DNA of 64,000 bases from Chloroflexota bacterium (GTDB lineage Bacteria > Chloroflexota > UBA11872 > VXOZ01). A model generated the notes under the pieces. The model ran no database searches, was not told the DNA's origin, and was given only the letters and a program-made list of their open reading frames with translations. The stretch is taken from assembly GCA_964291655.2 (NCBI GenBank), contig OZ219802.1:672001-736000 (forward strand), in the 5' to 3' direction. Positions 1 through 11,174 of the stretch are shown here, in pieces (the first letter of the stretch is position 1; each line of letters opens with the position of its first letter). A program made the translations under genes and the position numbers.

Positions 1-1
1 T

Positions 2-763
2 GACACATTCAACATCTCCACTGCAACTGCCTTTGTCATGGCGGGCGCCGGGCAGCCCGTGGCAAAGCATGGGAACCGTGCCATGACGAGAACGAGCGGC
101 AGCGCGGACGTGTTGGAGGCGCTAGGAGTTAAGATCGATCTTGGCCCTGAAGAAGTAGCGCGCTGTATTGAAGAAGTGGGAATGGGCTTCATGTTCGCGC
201 AACGCTTTCACCCTGCCATGAAATTTGCCGCGCCGCTGCGGCGTGAAATTGGCATCCGCACGATTTTCAACATTCTCGGCCCCCTCACTAATCCTGCCCG
301 AGCCAGCTTTCAAGTGCTTGGAGTCGCCAACGCCAGTCTAGTGGAGGTCATGGCCCGTGTACTTGGCATGCTCGGTGTGCAGCGCGCACTTGTGGTGCAT
401 GGAGAATTGGACGGAGTTGATGAGATTTCCGTCTGCGGTCCTACGTTGGTGTCCGAATGGGACGGCAGCAACGTGAGAAGCTACCGCCTGGAACCGGCGG
501 AATTTGGGCTCAACGCAGCGCCGGTGGGTGAGGTACTGGGCAGATCGGAAGCAATGAACGCCCAATACGTCCGCGACGTGGTGGCCGGCAAGCCGGGCCC
601 GCGCCGCGACGTGGTGGTCATGAATGCCGCCGCCGGTCTTGTCGTAAGTGGTAAAGCGAGTGACTGGAAAGCAGGCGCGGAGCAGGCTGCCGCCGCTATC
701 GACAACGGCCAGGCCGCCGCCAAACTGGAAGCGTTTGCGAGCCTCAGTCAAAGTCTCGCCTGA
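2..763 (+). CDS. trpD: Anthranilate phosphoribosyltransferase (5' end outside window)
   Basis: Frame reads DTFNIST...KHGNRA...SGSADVLEALG...R+FN.LGPL.NP; first gene of trp cluster. Confidence 0.97.
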   Translation, partial: DTFNISTATAFVMAGAGQPVAKHGNRAMTRTSGSADVLEALGVKIDLGPEEVARCIEEVGMGFMFAQRFHPAMKFAAPLRREIGIRTIFNILGPLTNPARASFQVLGVANASLVEVMARVLGMLGVQRALVVHGELDGVDEISVCGPTLVSEWDGSNVRSYRLEPAEFGLNAAPVGEVLGRSEAMNAQYVRDVVAGKPGPRRDVVVMNAAAGLVVSGKASDWKAGAEQAAAAIDNGQAAAKLEAFASLSQSLA

Positions 764-810
764 TACCGAATACGAATGTGGAATCACTAGTAAACAAGGC
801 TCCGCGGTTA

Positions 811-845
811 TCCCCTCTCCCTGATGGAGAGGGTTAGGGTGAGGG
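811..845 (-). repeat. REP-like palindrome family D (CCCTCACCCTAACCCTCTCC-N-GGGAGAGGGG)
   Basis: Related copies at 13434-14738 (split by IS481) and ~38821-38856. Confidence 0.75.
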
Positions 846-895
846 TGAAGCGTCAGAGTAGGTCTGCGGTTGAAAAGGTACTTAGGGCCAGGCAC

Positions 896-1756
896 ATGAT
901 TCTCGATACCATCCTGCAGCACAAAGAACGCGAATTGGCGGAGAGGCAGGCTGCCGTTCCGCTGGCCGCACTGATACAAGAGGCGGAAGCCGCGGCCCCG
1001 CCACGCGATTTCGCGGCTGCGCTGCGCCAAGACGGCATTCGTTTGATCGCCGAGATCAAACGCGCTTCGCCGTCCAAAGGCGTGTTTGCGCCCGGCCTCG
1101 ATCCGGCAGCACTTGCACAGACCTATGAGTCTGGCGGCGCGAGCGCGCTATCCGTTCTCACCGACGAGCGGTTCTTTCAAGGTTCGTTAAGCGATCTCAC
1201 GGCCGCGCGATCTGCCGTGGACATTCCCGCATTGCGCAAGGACTTTACCACGGACGAATACCACATCATAGAAGCCCGTGCCGCGGGCGCCGACGCCGTG
1301 CTGCTCATTGTCAGTGCCCTGCCTCAGCCACGCCTGCGGGCGCTGCTTCTCTGCGCGAAGGAGTGGGGGATGGCCGCCATCGTGGAAGTGCACACGGCGG
1401 AAGAAGCCGAGCAAGCCTTAGCTGTCGGCGCGGCAATCATCGGCATAAACAACCGCAACCTGCACACGTTCGAGACTAATCTGGAAACCACGGCTGAACT
1501 CCGCGCGCTCATTCCCAGCGACCTCATAGTGGTCAGCGAAAGCGGTATCCATACACCCAACGACGTGGCGCAACTGCACGCCTGGAACGTAGACGCCATG
1601 CTCATCGGCGAGGCGTTGGTTACCGCTCCCAACACAGCCGCCAAAGTTGCATCGCTTGTTGAGGCCGCGAGACCACCGCGCGTTACTTCTCCGTCTAGCG
1701 ATTCACCTGCCGTCATTCCGGCGAAAGCCGGAATCCAGAAGAGGCATCGCGTATGA
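896..1756 (+). CDS. trpC: Indole-3-glycerol phosphate synthase
   Basis: IAEIKRASPSKG, SVLTD..FF.G, LRKDF, GINNRNL, SESGI motifs; ATG 896 (MILDTI) preferred over 824, which lies in a repeat. Confidence 0.97.
   Translation: MILDTILQHKERELAERQAAVPLAALIQEAEAAAPPRDFAAALRQDGIRLIAEIKRASPSKGVFAPGLDPAALAQTYESGGASALSVLTDERFFQGSLSDLTAARSAVDIPALRKDFTTDEYHIIEARAAGADAVLLIVSALPQPRLRALLLCAKEWGMAAIVEVHTAEEAEQALAVGAAIIGINNRNLHTFETNLETTAELRALIPSDLIVVSESGIHTPNDVAQLHAWNVDAMLIGEALVTAPNTAAKVASLVEAARPPRVTSPSSDSPAVIPAKAGIQKRHRV
1712..1738. repeat. REP-like palindrome family C (GTCATTCCGGCGAAAGCCGGAATCCAG), inside trpC 3' end
   Basis: Related intergenic copies at 2713-2738 and 33881-33950. Confidence 0.85.
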
Positions 1757-2424
1757 CAACCTCACGAGAGCCTGAAACACTAAGCGATTCGGATAATTCC
1801 CTTTCGCCCAAAGTCAAAATCTGCGGCATCATGGCGCCGGCCGACGCGGAAGCGGCCGCAGCGCACGGCGCGGACTTTCTCGGCTTGAACTTCGTAACGG
1901 GAAGACGCCGGTGCTTAACATTGGACAGGGCACAGGACATTATCCGGTCGCTCGGATCCGCGTGCCCGCCAACTGTAGGTCTCTTTCTCAATGAAGACCC
2001 CACGGTGGTGCGTGACGTTGTCGCCGCAATCGGTCTTCAGTACGTGCAGTTCTGTGGACAGGAGTCCCCGGCCTACTGCGCGGAAGTGGGCGTCCCCTAT
2101 TGGAAGGTTATCAACCTGCACTCGGTCGGGGATTTCGAGCGGATGAATCGATACGCCGACGCCACTGCCTTTCTGTTGGAAGGCGCCGACAACGGGCCGG
2201 GCGGCACCGGCCAAACCTGGGATTGGGGTCTTGCCAGCGCGGCGCCGCGCGACCGCCCCACTCTGATCGCAGGCGGGCTAAACCCTGAAAACGTCGGAGA
2301 AGCCATCGCGCGGGCGCGGCCCTGGGGCGTGGATGTCAGCAGCGGCGTTGAAACCAATGGAGCCAAAGACCCCGACAGGATCGCCGCATTCATCCACCAA
2401 GCAAGAGACGCCTCGTTACCGTGA
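1753..2424 (+). CDS. trpF: Phosphoribosylanthranilate isomerase
   Basis: VKICGI, GGTGQTWDW, AGGLNPENV, VDVSSGVE motifs; ATGA overlap with trpC. Confidence 0.96.
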   Translation: MTTSREPETLSDSDNSLSPKVKICGIMAPADAEAAAAHGADFLGLNFVTGRRRCLTLDRAQDIIRSLGSACPPTVGLFLNEDPTVVRDVVAAIGLQYVQFCGQESPAYCAEVGVPYWKVINLHSVGDFERMNRYADATAFLLEGADNGPGGTGQTWDWGLASAAPRDRPTLIAGGLNPENVGEAIARARPWGVDVSSGVETNGAKDPDRIAAFIHQARDASLP

Positions 2425-2435
2425 GAGGAATCACA

Positions 2436-2645
2436 ATGAAACGGCTTGAAGAGTTGGTTCAGGAGTTGCCCCCGGAGTTGCAGCAGGGAGTCTACGACTT
2501 TGCGCGCTTTCTGCTAGAAACGAAAGCCAAACCGCGCCGCAAGGGCAAGCTCCGTCTCAACTGGGCTGGAGGACTACGTGATTATCGCGACCGCTATACC
2601 TCACTTGATCTCCAGCGTAAAGCGCTCGAATGGCGGGGGGACTGA
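2436..2645 (+). CDS. DUF2281-family putative antitoxin (orphan)
   Basis: LPPELQQ.V.DF..FL...WAG.L.D....YTS..LQ..ALEWR pattern; GAGGA RBS. Confidence 0.75.
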   Translation: MKRLEELVQELPPELQQGVYDFARFLLETKAKPRRKGKLRLNWAGGLRDYRDRYTSLDLQRKALEWRGD

Positions 2646-2712
2646 TGAATTCGACAATGTCATTTGGCAATAAGCGCGCTTGCCAAGGATACGAACAGAA
2701 GAGTACCAGCCC

Positions 2713-2770
2713 GTCATTCCCGCGAAAGCGGGAATCCATCCCCCTGGACTCCAGCGCGAGCCGGAGTCAC
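2713..2770. repeat. REP family C copy with degenerate inverted partner
   Basis: GTCATTCCCGCGAAAGCGGGAATCCA followed by TGGACTCCAGCGCGAGCCGGAGTCAC. Confidence 0.7.
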
Positions 2771-2919
2771 AGAGAGGGCCTACGGGTACCAGTGTGTGCC
2801 GGAATGTCAAATCCCACCTTTCAGTTGAATACACGGTAGAAAAGGGACAAGACTGCTAGCACACAGACACGATAATTCCCAAGTCATCACATAATCCCAG
2901 TCAAGGAGGAAACTCAACT

Positions 2920-3990
<1,071 letters not shown>

Positions 3991-4074
3991 GCGCAGAAGA
4001 TCGAGAACCAGTAAGAGTGCAATGCCCCGACGCGCCTGATGCGCTCGACGGCACTAAACAATAGGAGCGATCAA

Positions 4075-5274
4075 GTGGCAACTTCACCACCACTCACCGT
4101 GCGGGGACAGTTTGGTCCCTACGGGGGCCGTTACGTTCCCGAAACCGTAATACCGGCCTTGGAAGAATTGGAGGAAGCCTACGCCGACATACGTGACGAC
4201 GCTGATTTCCAGCAGGAACTTAATGGCTTGCTGGACCGTTACGTCGGACGCCCCACGCCGATCTACCATGCCGCCCGCTTGAGCGCGGAGATCGGCGGCG
4301 CGCAAATGTATCTAAAGCGCGAGGACCTGGCGCACACGGGCGCCCACAAGATCAACAATGCTCTCGGACAAGCGCTCCTCGCCAAGCGGATCGGGCGGAC
4401 TCGCATTATCGCCGAAACCGGCGCCGGCCAGCATGGCGTCGCCACGGCCGCTGCGTGCGCCATGCTCGGACTCGAGTGCATCGTCTACATGGGCGAGGTT
4501 GACGTGCACCGCCAAACGCTCAACGTCTTCCGCATGAAACTGCTCGGCGCGACCGTCGTGCCGGTCATGTCCGGCAGCCGCACGCTCAAGGACGCCATCA
4601 ATGAGACGATCCGTGACTGGGTCACCAACGTAGAGACCACCCACTACATCATCGGCTCCGTGGTGGGTCCACATCCATATCCCACCATCGTACGCGACTT
4701 GCAGAGCGTCATCGGCAGCGAAGCGCGGGAACAATGCTTGAAACAGTTTGGGCGCTTGCCTGACGTCGTGGTAGCGTGCGTGGGCGGCGGCAGTAACGCC
4801 ATTGGCATATTCCATCCATTCGTTGACGACACTGAGGTGCGTCTGGTTGGTGTGGAAGCCGCCGGGCACGGCATCGAAAGCGGTGAGCACGCGGCGACTC
4901 TGGTGGCGGGTAGCCCAGGCACGCTCCACGGTGCCAAGAGCTACCTGCTGCAGGACGACGAGGGCCAGATCTACGAACCTCATAGCATCTCCGCCGGTCT
5001 GGACTACCCCGGTGTCGGCCCGGAGCATAGTTACCTAAAGGACATTGGCCGGGCAAGCTATGTTGGTGTCACAGATCAACAAGCGTTGGAAGGCTTCCAA
5101 CACCTCTGCCGGGCCGAAGGCATCATTCCCGCGTTGGAACCTGCGCACGCCATGTACCACGCCGCGCAATTGGCGAGTGAACTGCCTAAGGACAACATTG
5201 TCTTGGTCAATCTCTCCGGCCGCGGGGACAAAGACATGACCATCGTCGCCGAAGGACTGGGGGTGGCGCTGTGA
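4075..5274 (+). CDS. trpB: Tryptophan synthase beta chain
   Basis: [50 protein letters not shown]; GTG start after AGGAG. Confidence 0.98.
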   Translation: MATSPPLTVRGQFGPYGGRYVPETVIPALEELEEAYADIRDDADFQQELNGLLDRYVGRPTPIYHAARLSAEIGGAQMYLKREDLAHTGAHKINNALGQALLAKRIGRTRIIAETGAGQHGVATAAACAMLGLECIVYMGEVDVHRQTLNVFRMKLLGATVVPVMSGSRTLKDAINETIRDWVTNVETTHYIIGSVVGPHPYPTIVRDLQSVIGSEAREQCLKQFGRLPDVVVACVGGGSNAIGIFHPFVDDTEVRLVGVEAAGHGIESGEHAATLVAGSPGTLHGAKSYLLQDDEGQIYEPHSISAGLDYPGVGPEHSYLKDIGRASYVGVTDQQALEGFQHLCRAEGIIPALEPAHAMYHAAQLASELPKDNIVLVNLSGRGDKDMTIVAEGLGVAL

Positions 5275-6074
5275 GTCGCATTAGTGCAGCGTTCGCCCAA
5301 GCGAAGGCAGAGAGTCGAGCCGCGCTCATCACCTACGCTACCGTCGGGTATCCCACACCTTCCCATTCTGCGGACGTCGTGCGCGCGCTGCTTGCCGGCG
5401 GCTCGGATATCGTCGAGCTCGGCATTCCCTTCTCCGATCCCCTTGCCGACGGAGCAACAATCCAACACGCATCGCAAGTCGCTCTCGAACAGGGCACCAC
5501 GCTTCGCATGTCGTTTGACATCGTACGCGAGCTGCGGGCGGAAGGAGTCACAACCCCCCTTGTCTTCATGGGGTACAACAATCCCTTCCTCCATTTCGGT
5601 TTGGAACGCGTTGTGGACGCAGCCGCCGAGATCGGTCTCGACGGCTTCATCGTACCGGACTTGCCGCCGGAAGAAGGACAGGAGTTTGGGGGCCTTGCCC
5701 AGGCGCATGGACTCGACCTCATCCCGCTGCTGGCGCCTACGAGTACGGAATCCCGCATCGCGGCCAACGTCAACGCCGGCAGTGGCTTCGTCTACTGCGT
5801 ATCGCTCACCGGCGTCACCGGTGCCCGCGAGCAACTCTCCGCCACGCTGCCTGACTTTCTCGGCCGCGTGCGCCAGCACACCGACCTGCCGCTGGCCGTG
5901 GGCTTTGGGGTGTCGCGGCCCGAGCACGTTGCCACGATAGCGCAAATCGCCGAGGGTGTGGTAAGCGCGAGCGCCCTGATTAATGTGCTGGACGAGACCC
6001 CCGCAAATCGACGTTTTGCGGCCCTGACGGAACTCGTAAGCGCCATGCGCGAGGCTACTGCCCACACACACTAA
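5271..6074 (+). CDS. trpA: Tryptophan synthase alpha chain
   Basis: [28 protein letters not shown] motifs; GTGA overlap with trpB. Confidence 0.98.
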   Translation: MSRISAAFAQAKAESRAALITYATVGYPTPSHSADVVRALLAGGSDIVELGIPFSDPLADGATIQHASQVALEQGTTLRMSFDIVRELRAEGVTTPLVFMGYNNPFLHFGLERVVDAAAEIGLDGFIVPDLPPEEGQEFGGLAQAHGLDLIPLLAPTSTESRIAANVNAGSGFVYCVSLTGVTGAREQLSATLPDFLGRVRQHTDLPLAVGFGVSRPEHVATIAQIAEGVVSASALINVLDETPANRRFAALTELVSAMREATAHTH

Positions 6075-6090
6075 CCGCAAAGGGGCACTC

Positions 6091-6780
6091 ATGGGCGTGC
6101 AATTGTCTCGTGTTGTACCCTGGGGTCGCTCGCTGGCTGAGTATGTGGGCATGTTTGCACTTAGCCAGCAAGACCTGGGAAAGCGCATCCTCGGCTGTGC
6201 GGACGGCCCCGCGAGCTTCAACGCGGAGATGACAGCTCGGGGCCATCAGGTCGTGTCCTGCGATCCCGTTTATGTCTTCAGCACTCAGGAACTGCGGCTG
6301 CGCTTCGACGAAACGTACGCGACGATGATGGCCCAGATGCCTGCGAAGCGCGACAATTTCGTATGGGAGACAATACCGTCTATCGAGGCGCTCGGTGAAA
6401 TGCGGCAGACCGCCATGGGAGTTTTCATCCGCGACTTTGGGTGCAGCCAGCGCGGCAACCGCTATGTCGCCTCTGCGCTCCCCCACCTCGCCTTTGCCGA
6501 CAAGGCCTTCGATCTTGCCCTCTGTTCCAATTTTCTCTTTCTGTACTCCGAGCACTTGAGTGGAGCCTTTCATGTAGCGGCCCTGCGCGAACTCTGCCGC
6601 GTCGCAACTGAAGTCCGCGTCTTTCCTATACTTGATCTGGATGGCCGGGTTTCGCCCCACCTCGCTCTGGCGCTCAATGCCCTCCGCCGCGAAGGTTTCA
6701 ATGCTACGGTGCGGACGGTGCCGTACGAGTTTCTCAAAGGCGCTAACGAGATGCTCGCAATCACACGGACAAGTGAATAG
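6091..6780 (+). CDS. Class I SAM-dependent methyltransferase-like protein
   Basis: ILGCADGPASF motif-I variant, FDLALCSNFLFLY, EVRVFP. Confidence 0.75.
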   Translation: MGVQLSRVVPWGRSLAEYVGMFALSQQDLGKRILGCADGPASFNAEMTARGHQVVSCDPVYVFSTQELRLRFDETYATMMAQMPAKRDNFVWETIPSIEALGEMRQTAMGVFIRDFGCSQRGNRYVASALPHLAFADKAFDLALCSNFLFLYSEHLSGAFHVAALRELCRVATEVRVFPILDLDGRVSPHLALALNALRREGFNATVRTVPYEFLKGANEMLAITRTSE

Positions 6781-6800
6781 CATAGATTTGCAACCTGTGC
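6777..6800. repeat. REP family E, degenerate (GTAGCGCAGGTTTGCAACCTGCG)
   Basis: Other copies at 21617-21639, 35280-35302 and 53083-53105. Confidence 0.55.
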
Positions 6801-6958
6801 CCGCCGGGTGGCCAGTTCCCATCCACAAAGTTTAGGTAACTTAGATTGCATATCACAGAAGATCACTGCTACGCGGCTAAACTCTTGAGCGGTAGTCTTC
6901 AGTAGATCGATTGAGAAGAAATTACATAGGCCCTGCCTAGGGGGATGCAAGATCAACC

Positions 6959-7765
6959 ATGCTGCACGTCGCGTGTTCGACGCTTTGCTTCACACAGTTG
7001 CCGCTTGATGAAGCGCTAAAGCGCATCGCACAACTAGGCTTTCGTTATGTCGATCTGGGTGTGCAGGCCTGGGCGCACGCGAGCGCAACGGAATTGGCGC
7101 AATCCGGTGAAGGCTTTGGCGACACGCTGCAGCGGGGACTGGAGCAAGCCGGCGTGGCACTCAGCGCGATGAATGTGGGTCTCGAGCGGGCTGCCAGCGT
7201 CTCGTTGGAAGAACAGACTGCAGCCGTTGCTGCACTCGCTGCCTCCCACGGTCTCCCAGCAATCTGCATCAATGCGCCTGCAAACGGCACGCCTTTGGGA
7301 ACAGCGATAAAAGAATTGCGACTACTTGCCGCTCTCGCCGACCGTTACGGCGTCACGCTCTGTCTCGAGACGCACATCGGTTGTCTCACCGAACTACCGG
7401 CTGTAGCGGTGCGGGTGGCCGAGTCGGTGCCGAATCTCGGCCTCGCCCTCGACCCCTCGCATTTCTACGCCGGCCCGTGGCAGGGCCGCGACTTCTCAGC
7501 TACGTTTCCCCATACACGCATCGTCCACCTTCGCGACGCGGGCACATCTCCTGACAGAATCCTTGTGCCCCCCGGCGAGGGATGCGTGGACTTTTCCGCA
7601 CTTCTCCGCGGGCTGGTGCAGGTCGGTTACTCGGGACCTCTTGCCGTGGAATACATCGATACCCGGGTCGGGCTTGACGCATTCGCCGAGCATGTTAGCC
7701 ACGTGAAGACGATGGCCACCTTGGCAGAGAGACTGCTCTCGGGACTAGACGCTCCGTTCAGATAG
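6959..7765 (+). CDS. Sugar phosphate isomerase/epimerase (xylose isomerase-like TIM barrel)
   Basis: LETH, LDPSH, VHLRD, G.G.VDF, LAVE metal-ligand pattern. Confidence 0.85.
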   Translation: MLHVACSTLCFTQLPLDEALKRIAQLGFRYVDLGVQAWAHASATELAQSGEGFGDTLQRGLEQAGVALSAMNVGLERAASVSLEEQTAAVAALAASHGLPAICINAPANGTPLGTAIKELRLLAALADRYGVTLCLETHIGCLTELPAVAVRVAESVPNLGLALDPSHFYAGPWQGRDFSATFPHTRIVHLRDAGTSPDRILVPPGEGCVDFSALLRGLVQVGYSGPLAVEYIDTRVGLDAFAEHVSHVKTMATLAERLLSGLDAPFR

Positions 7766-7808
7766 CCGTTGTCCCGATTGATGGCGCCATGACTCCCGTC
7801 CGCGCAAG

Positions 7809-7817
7809 TGCTATACT
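7809..7817 (+). promoter_or_regulatory. Extended -10 promoter element (TGcTATACT)
   Basis: Near-consensus TGn-TATACT about 200 bp upstream of the MFS gene. Confidence 0.5.
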
Positions 7818-7825
7818 CCTATCAA

Positions 7826-7920
7826 CTTGGCATTCAAAGTCCTAAGACGAGAAACAGCTTCTTGCCGAAGATCTCCCCAAGGCTAATTCGGCAGTTCAGC
7901 AATCCGGCTTCGATGCCAAG
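7826..7920 (+). ncRNA. Candidate structured leader or sRNA
   Basis: CTTGGCAT/ATGCCAAG closing stem, GCT/AGC and TGCCGAA/TTCGGCA inner stems; starts just after the predicted TSS. Confidence 0.35.
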
Positions 7921-8018
7921 AGGCCATCGCATCCAACCAGCAGCAAGTCGACATGACTAACACTTCACGTAGTCTCAACTCCTTCGCCGCTCTCCCGCAG
8001 AGCTAGCAATTAAGTCAG

Positions 8019-9308
8019 GTGCCTATGGCAGCCACCGCGACCGCCGCCGCGCCCGAACGTCCCAAGCTTCTCTCCGTTGGAAGCTGGGTGCTCTATGACC
8101 TTGCCAACACGATATTTTCCTTTAATATCGTTTCGCTCTATTTCTCGCTGTGGATCGTCAACGACATGGGCGGGAAGGACAGCGATTACGCACTCGCCAA
8201 TAGCTTCTCCATGTTCGTTGTCTTCCTGGTGGCACCGTTCTTGGGCGCGCTCTCGGACCAGACGCCTCGCAGGATGCCGTTTCTCATTGCGACGACGCTT
8301 GTGTGTTGCCTTGCGACCTTCCTGCTGGGCATCACGGGCATATTCATTGCGCTCCTGATATTCATCGTCGCCAACGTCTTCTATCAATCCGGCCTCATCT
8401 TCTACGACGCGCTGCTCCCGGTCGTTAGCACGCCGGAGAACCGGGGGCGCGTGGGCGGCATTGGTGTCGGTATAGGCTACATGGGATCGTTCATCGGCGT
8501 TATCATGGGCCTCATCGTCTTGGAGAACAATCCCGACGCTAAACCGCTCGTCTTCAAGTTGACTGCGGTACTCTTCCTGATCTTTGCCGTGCCCTGCTTT
8601 CTTTGGGTGCGAGAGCAGCCACGAGTCGGCAGCGTCATACTGGGGAAACAGGCTGCCGGTCGCGCGCTCAAAGATCTCCGCCAGACTCTCACCCGCTTGG
8701 CTGAACTACCGAATCTGCGGCGTTTTCTCATTGGTCGCGTCTTCTATACTGACGCCGCGAATACCTTCATCATTTTCATGGGTATCTACTTGACCAATGA
8801 GGTGGGCTTTAGCGATTCAGAGGTGCAGATAGCCTTGCTGCTAGGCATCCTCGGGGCCACTTTGGGCGGGTTGTCGTGGGGCTTTGTCGTAGATTGGATT
8901 GGCCCAAAGCCTTCCTTGCTGATGGTGATCGGGCTGTGGTCTTTTGTCATCACCCTGACCTTCTCCATACCACTCTTCAGCCTCGCCCCAGTCTTATTCT
9001 GGGCAATTGCGCCGCTCGGGGGATATGCGCTCGGTTCCACGTGGGCGGCCGACCGGCCCCTGATGCTGCGTCTCGCCCCAGCAGAGCACATCGGCCAGTT
9101 TTACGGCCTTTATGCCATGGTGGGACGCTTTGCCGCCATTATCGGGCCGCTCATCTGGGCATTAATCGTCAACGGTCTGGATTGGGGCCGCCCAGTGGCG
9201 GTTGCAGCCTTCCTACCCATGATGGTGATTGCCGCTTGGTTCATCTTCCGTGTGGACGACGCGACGGAACAGACTGCTCCCACAGACAAGACTCCGCAAG
9301 CCGTCTAA
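8019..9308 (+). CDS. MFS transporter, UMF1/Atg22-like family
   Basis: SW.LYD.AN..F, P.LGA.SD, FYDALLP, RGRV.G.G..GY.G, FYGLY...GR; about 12 hydrophobic segments. Confidence 0.9.
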   Translation: MPMAATATAAAPERPKLLSVGSWVLYDLANTIFSFNIVSLYFSLWIVNDMGGKDSDYALANSFSMFVVFLVAPFLGALSDQTPRRMPFLIATTLVCCLATFLLGITGIFIALLIFIVANVFYQSGLIFYDALLPVVSTPENRGRVGGIGVGIGYMGSFIGVIMGLIVLENNPDAKPLVFKLTAVLFLIFAVPCFLWVREQPRVGSVILGKQAAGRALKDLRQTLTRLAELPNLRRFLIGRVFYTDAANTFIIFMGIYLTNEVGFSDSEVQIALLLGILGATLGGLSWGFVVDWIGPKPSLLMVIGLWSFVITLTFSIPLFSLAPVLFWAIAPLGGYALGSTWAADRPLMLRLAPAEHIGQFYGLYAMVGRFAAIIGPLIWALIVNGLDWGRPVAVAAFLPMMVIAAWFIFRVDDATEQTAPTDKTPQAV

Positions 9309-9399
9309 GAAAGATGTGCGAGAAGCTCTTAACCTCACCATCCGTTCGCCCTGAGCCTGTCGAAGGGTGAGCGGACGTCTCTTTCACACACCCTCTAAG
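9305..9399. repeat. Miniature element: REP family F (TCCGTTCGCCCTGAGCCTGTCGAAGGG) within degenerate terminal inverted repeats
   Basis: AAGATGTGCGAGA ... TTTCACACACCCT imperfect inverted ends; related copy at 51500-51561. Confidence 0.55.
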
Positions 9400-9587
9400 C
9401 CATTCTCACCACACTAATGGATCGGCCCGGCCGCAGCGGGCGTATGCGCGCGCTCCCTCAACCAACGCTTGCCGTCCGCGCGGCTGCGCGGCCACACCGA
9501 CTGCTCTGATCACCGGCCTTAATCTCGCGACAACCTTCCTTACATGTTGCTCTAATCTTCCTCGGAGATACTGGATATGAGAAGAAA

Positions 9588-9887
9588 GTGAAGCAGATGA
9601 AAGGAAGGCAATATATGCCCCTCCGTCGCCTCGAGCGCGAGTTAGCAGACAGGCCGGATACGCAGTTTCAAGATCTGCGCGGGTTGCGCGTCTACGACCG
9701 GTGCAACCGCGTATTGGGCAAAGTGCGCGCCGTTGTCGTAGACACGGAGACCAACGAGACGGTCTACGCTGAAATCGCGTCTCCTAGCATTCTGGGTCTG
9801 GGGAACCGGCGCCAGCTGGTACGCCGTGACCGGCTGCACCACAACGCGCGCGGCCTACGTCTCACGCGGCCTACGTCTCAAAGGTAG
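9588..9887 (+). CDS. PRC-barrel domain protein
   Basis: DLRG..VYD.....LGKV..VVVD......Y motif; start may be 9615. Confidence 0.7.
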   Translation: MKQMKGRQYMPLRRLERELADRPDTQFQDLRGLRVYDRCNRVLGKVRAVVVDTETNETVYAEIASPSILGLGNRRQLVRRDRLHHNARGLRLTRPTSQR

Positions 9888-10909
9888 GCGTTGAAGAAGT
9901 CGAAGGCTTTGGCGCCGCTGAACTCGTGCCCGCCGTCGAATTCGTCGAGCCAGAGGCTTTCCGATACCTGCGCCGCCGCGTAGATGGTTTCCAAGTGTGC
10001 ATACGCCTCACGCGCGGCCGCAATCGGAAAGCCTCCGTCTTGTATGCCGGACTCGATGAGGAGCGCCCGCGGCGCTACTAAGCCGCAAACATCGGCCACT
10101 TCCGCATACTTGAGAATGCCGGGTACGAACTGCGATCCGCAAAAATTGCCCTGGGTGAGCGCATATTGCTTGAAGGTCGTCAAATAGCACACCACGTCAG
10201 CCGCTTTCACCCGCTCATCCACTGCCGCAAGGTACATTGCGCGTGTGCCGCCCAGCGAGAGCCCGATGCAACCAAGCCGGTCCGCGTCTACTTCCGGGCG
10301 GCTCGCCAGGTAGTCAAGACCTCGCATGTCGTCCCAGGTATTGAGGGCCATCAAGTTCATGCCAAGGAGAAAGGTCTTGATGCCGTTTACGTTGCAGCCG
10401 TCGCGGTTGCCGTACCGCCGGAAGTCTTCTCGGCGTTCGCCAAAACCACGCGCGTCGGGGCAGAGAGTGATGAATCCGCGCTTGGCGAGTTGTAGGCCGT
10501 AGTCGTAGTTGTAGCGCTTAATCAACTCCGCGCGTTCCTCTTCGCCATTGTCCACGTGTGCTACGGGATCTTTGCCGTACGGCCCCCCATGACCGTGCAA
10601 ACAGATGATGCCCGGTGCGGGTTGGTCCACGCCCTCTGGAATCAAAAGCCACGCCGGGACCTGAACGTCTTCAGCAGAGGTGTACACCACTTTCTCGTAA
10701 CGCACGCCGAACTGCTCGCGCTCTTCGACGACGCGGGCCTCCAACGGCACCTGCTCCGGAAACGGCTCCATGAGGTCAAGCAGCCGCGTCCGCAATTGCT
10801 TCTGCCACACGTACCACTCCTCACGACTCTCGCCGGCAAAGTGCATGAGAGGCGGGTGTTTTTCATAGTACGCCATCACGTACGTATCGAAGTCAAAGAC
10901 ATCGCTCAT
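9878..10909 (-). CDS. Alpha/beta hydrolase (dienelactone hydrolase / Abhydrolase_7-like)
   Basis: HGHGG, PDARGFGER, GLSLGG nucleophile elbow, C-terminal GGHEF. Confidence 0.88.
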   Translation of the reverse strand: MSDVFDFDTYVMAYYEKHPPLMHFAGESREEWYVWQKQLRTRLLDLMEPFPEQVPLEARVVEEREQFGVRYEKVVYTSAEDVQVPAWLLIPEGVDQPAPGIICLHGHGGPYGKDPVAHVDNGEEERAELIKRYNYDYGLQLAKRGFITLCPDARGFGERREDFRRYGNRDGCNVNGIKTFLLGMNLMALNTWDDMRGLDYLASRPEVDADRLGCIGLSLGGTRAMYLAAVDERVKAADVVCYLTTFKQYALTQGNFCGSQFVPGILKYAEVADVCGLVAPRALLIESGIQDGGFPIAAAREAYAHLETIYAAAQVSESLWLDEFDGGHEFSGAKAFDFFNAYL

Positions 10910-11091
10910 GGGAGTGCTCTCTTTCTAAATGAAATTAGTCGCTTAGCAGCTCCGTATTGACCGGAGAAAGAACCGGCATTCAATTCCGTCTCTGCTACGA
11001 AACAGCATGACGGACTCCATCATTTCCGCGCAAGCTCGCCTCCGCACGGCGGCCCGGATTTCACCCCTTTCGCCCGCGCACACTATCCCAA

Positions 11092-11115
11092 GCATGGGAC
11101 AAGCCCCCGCGCTAC
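11092..11115 (-). repeat. REP family B (GTAGCGCGGGGGCTTGTCCCCCGC), degenerate copy
   Basis: Reverse complement matches copies at 11552, 14848, 21541 and 35425. Confidence 0.75.
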
Positions 11116-11174
11116 GTCTGAGATCCTCGCTGCCTCCGGAATGACCCGCAAATTCAAGACTGTCGCGCAAGCCG

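Noticed and set aside
2630-2839. Toxin ORF after DUF2281
   Set aside because: No PIN acidic motif; largely a translation of repeat DNA
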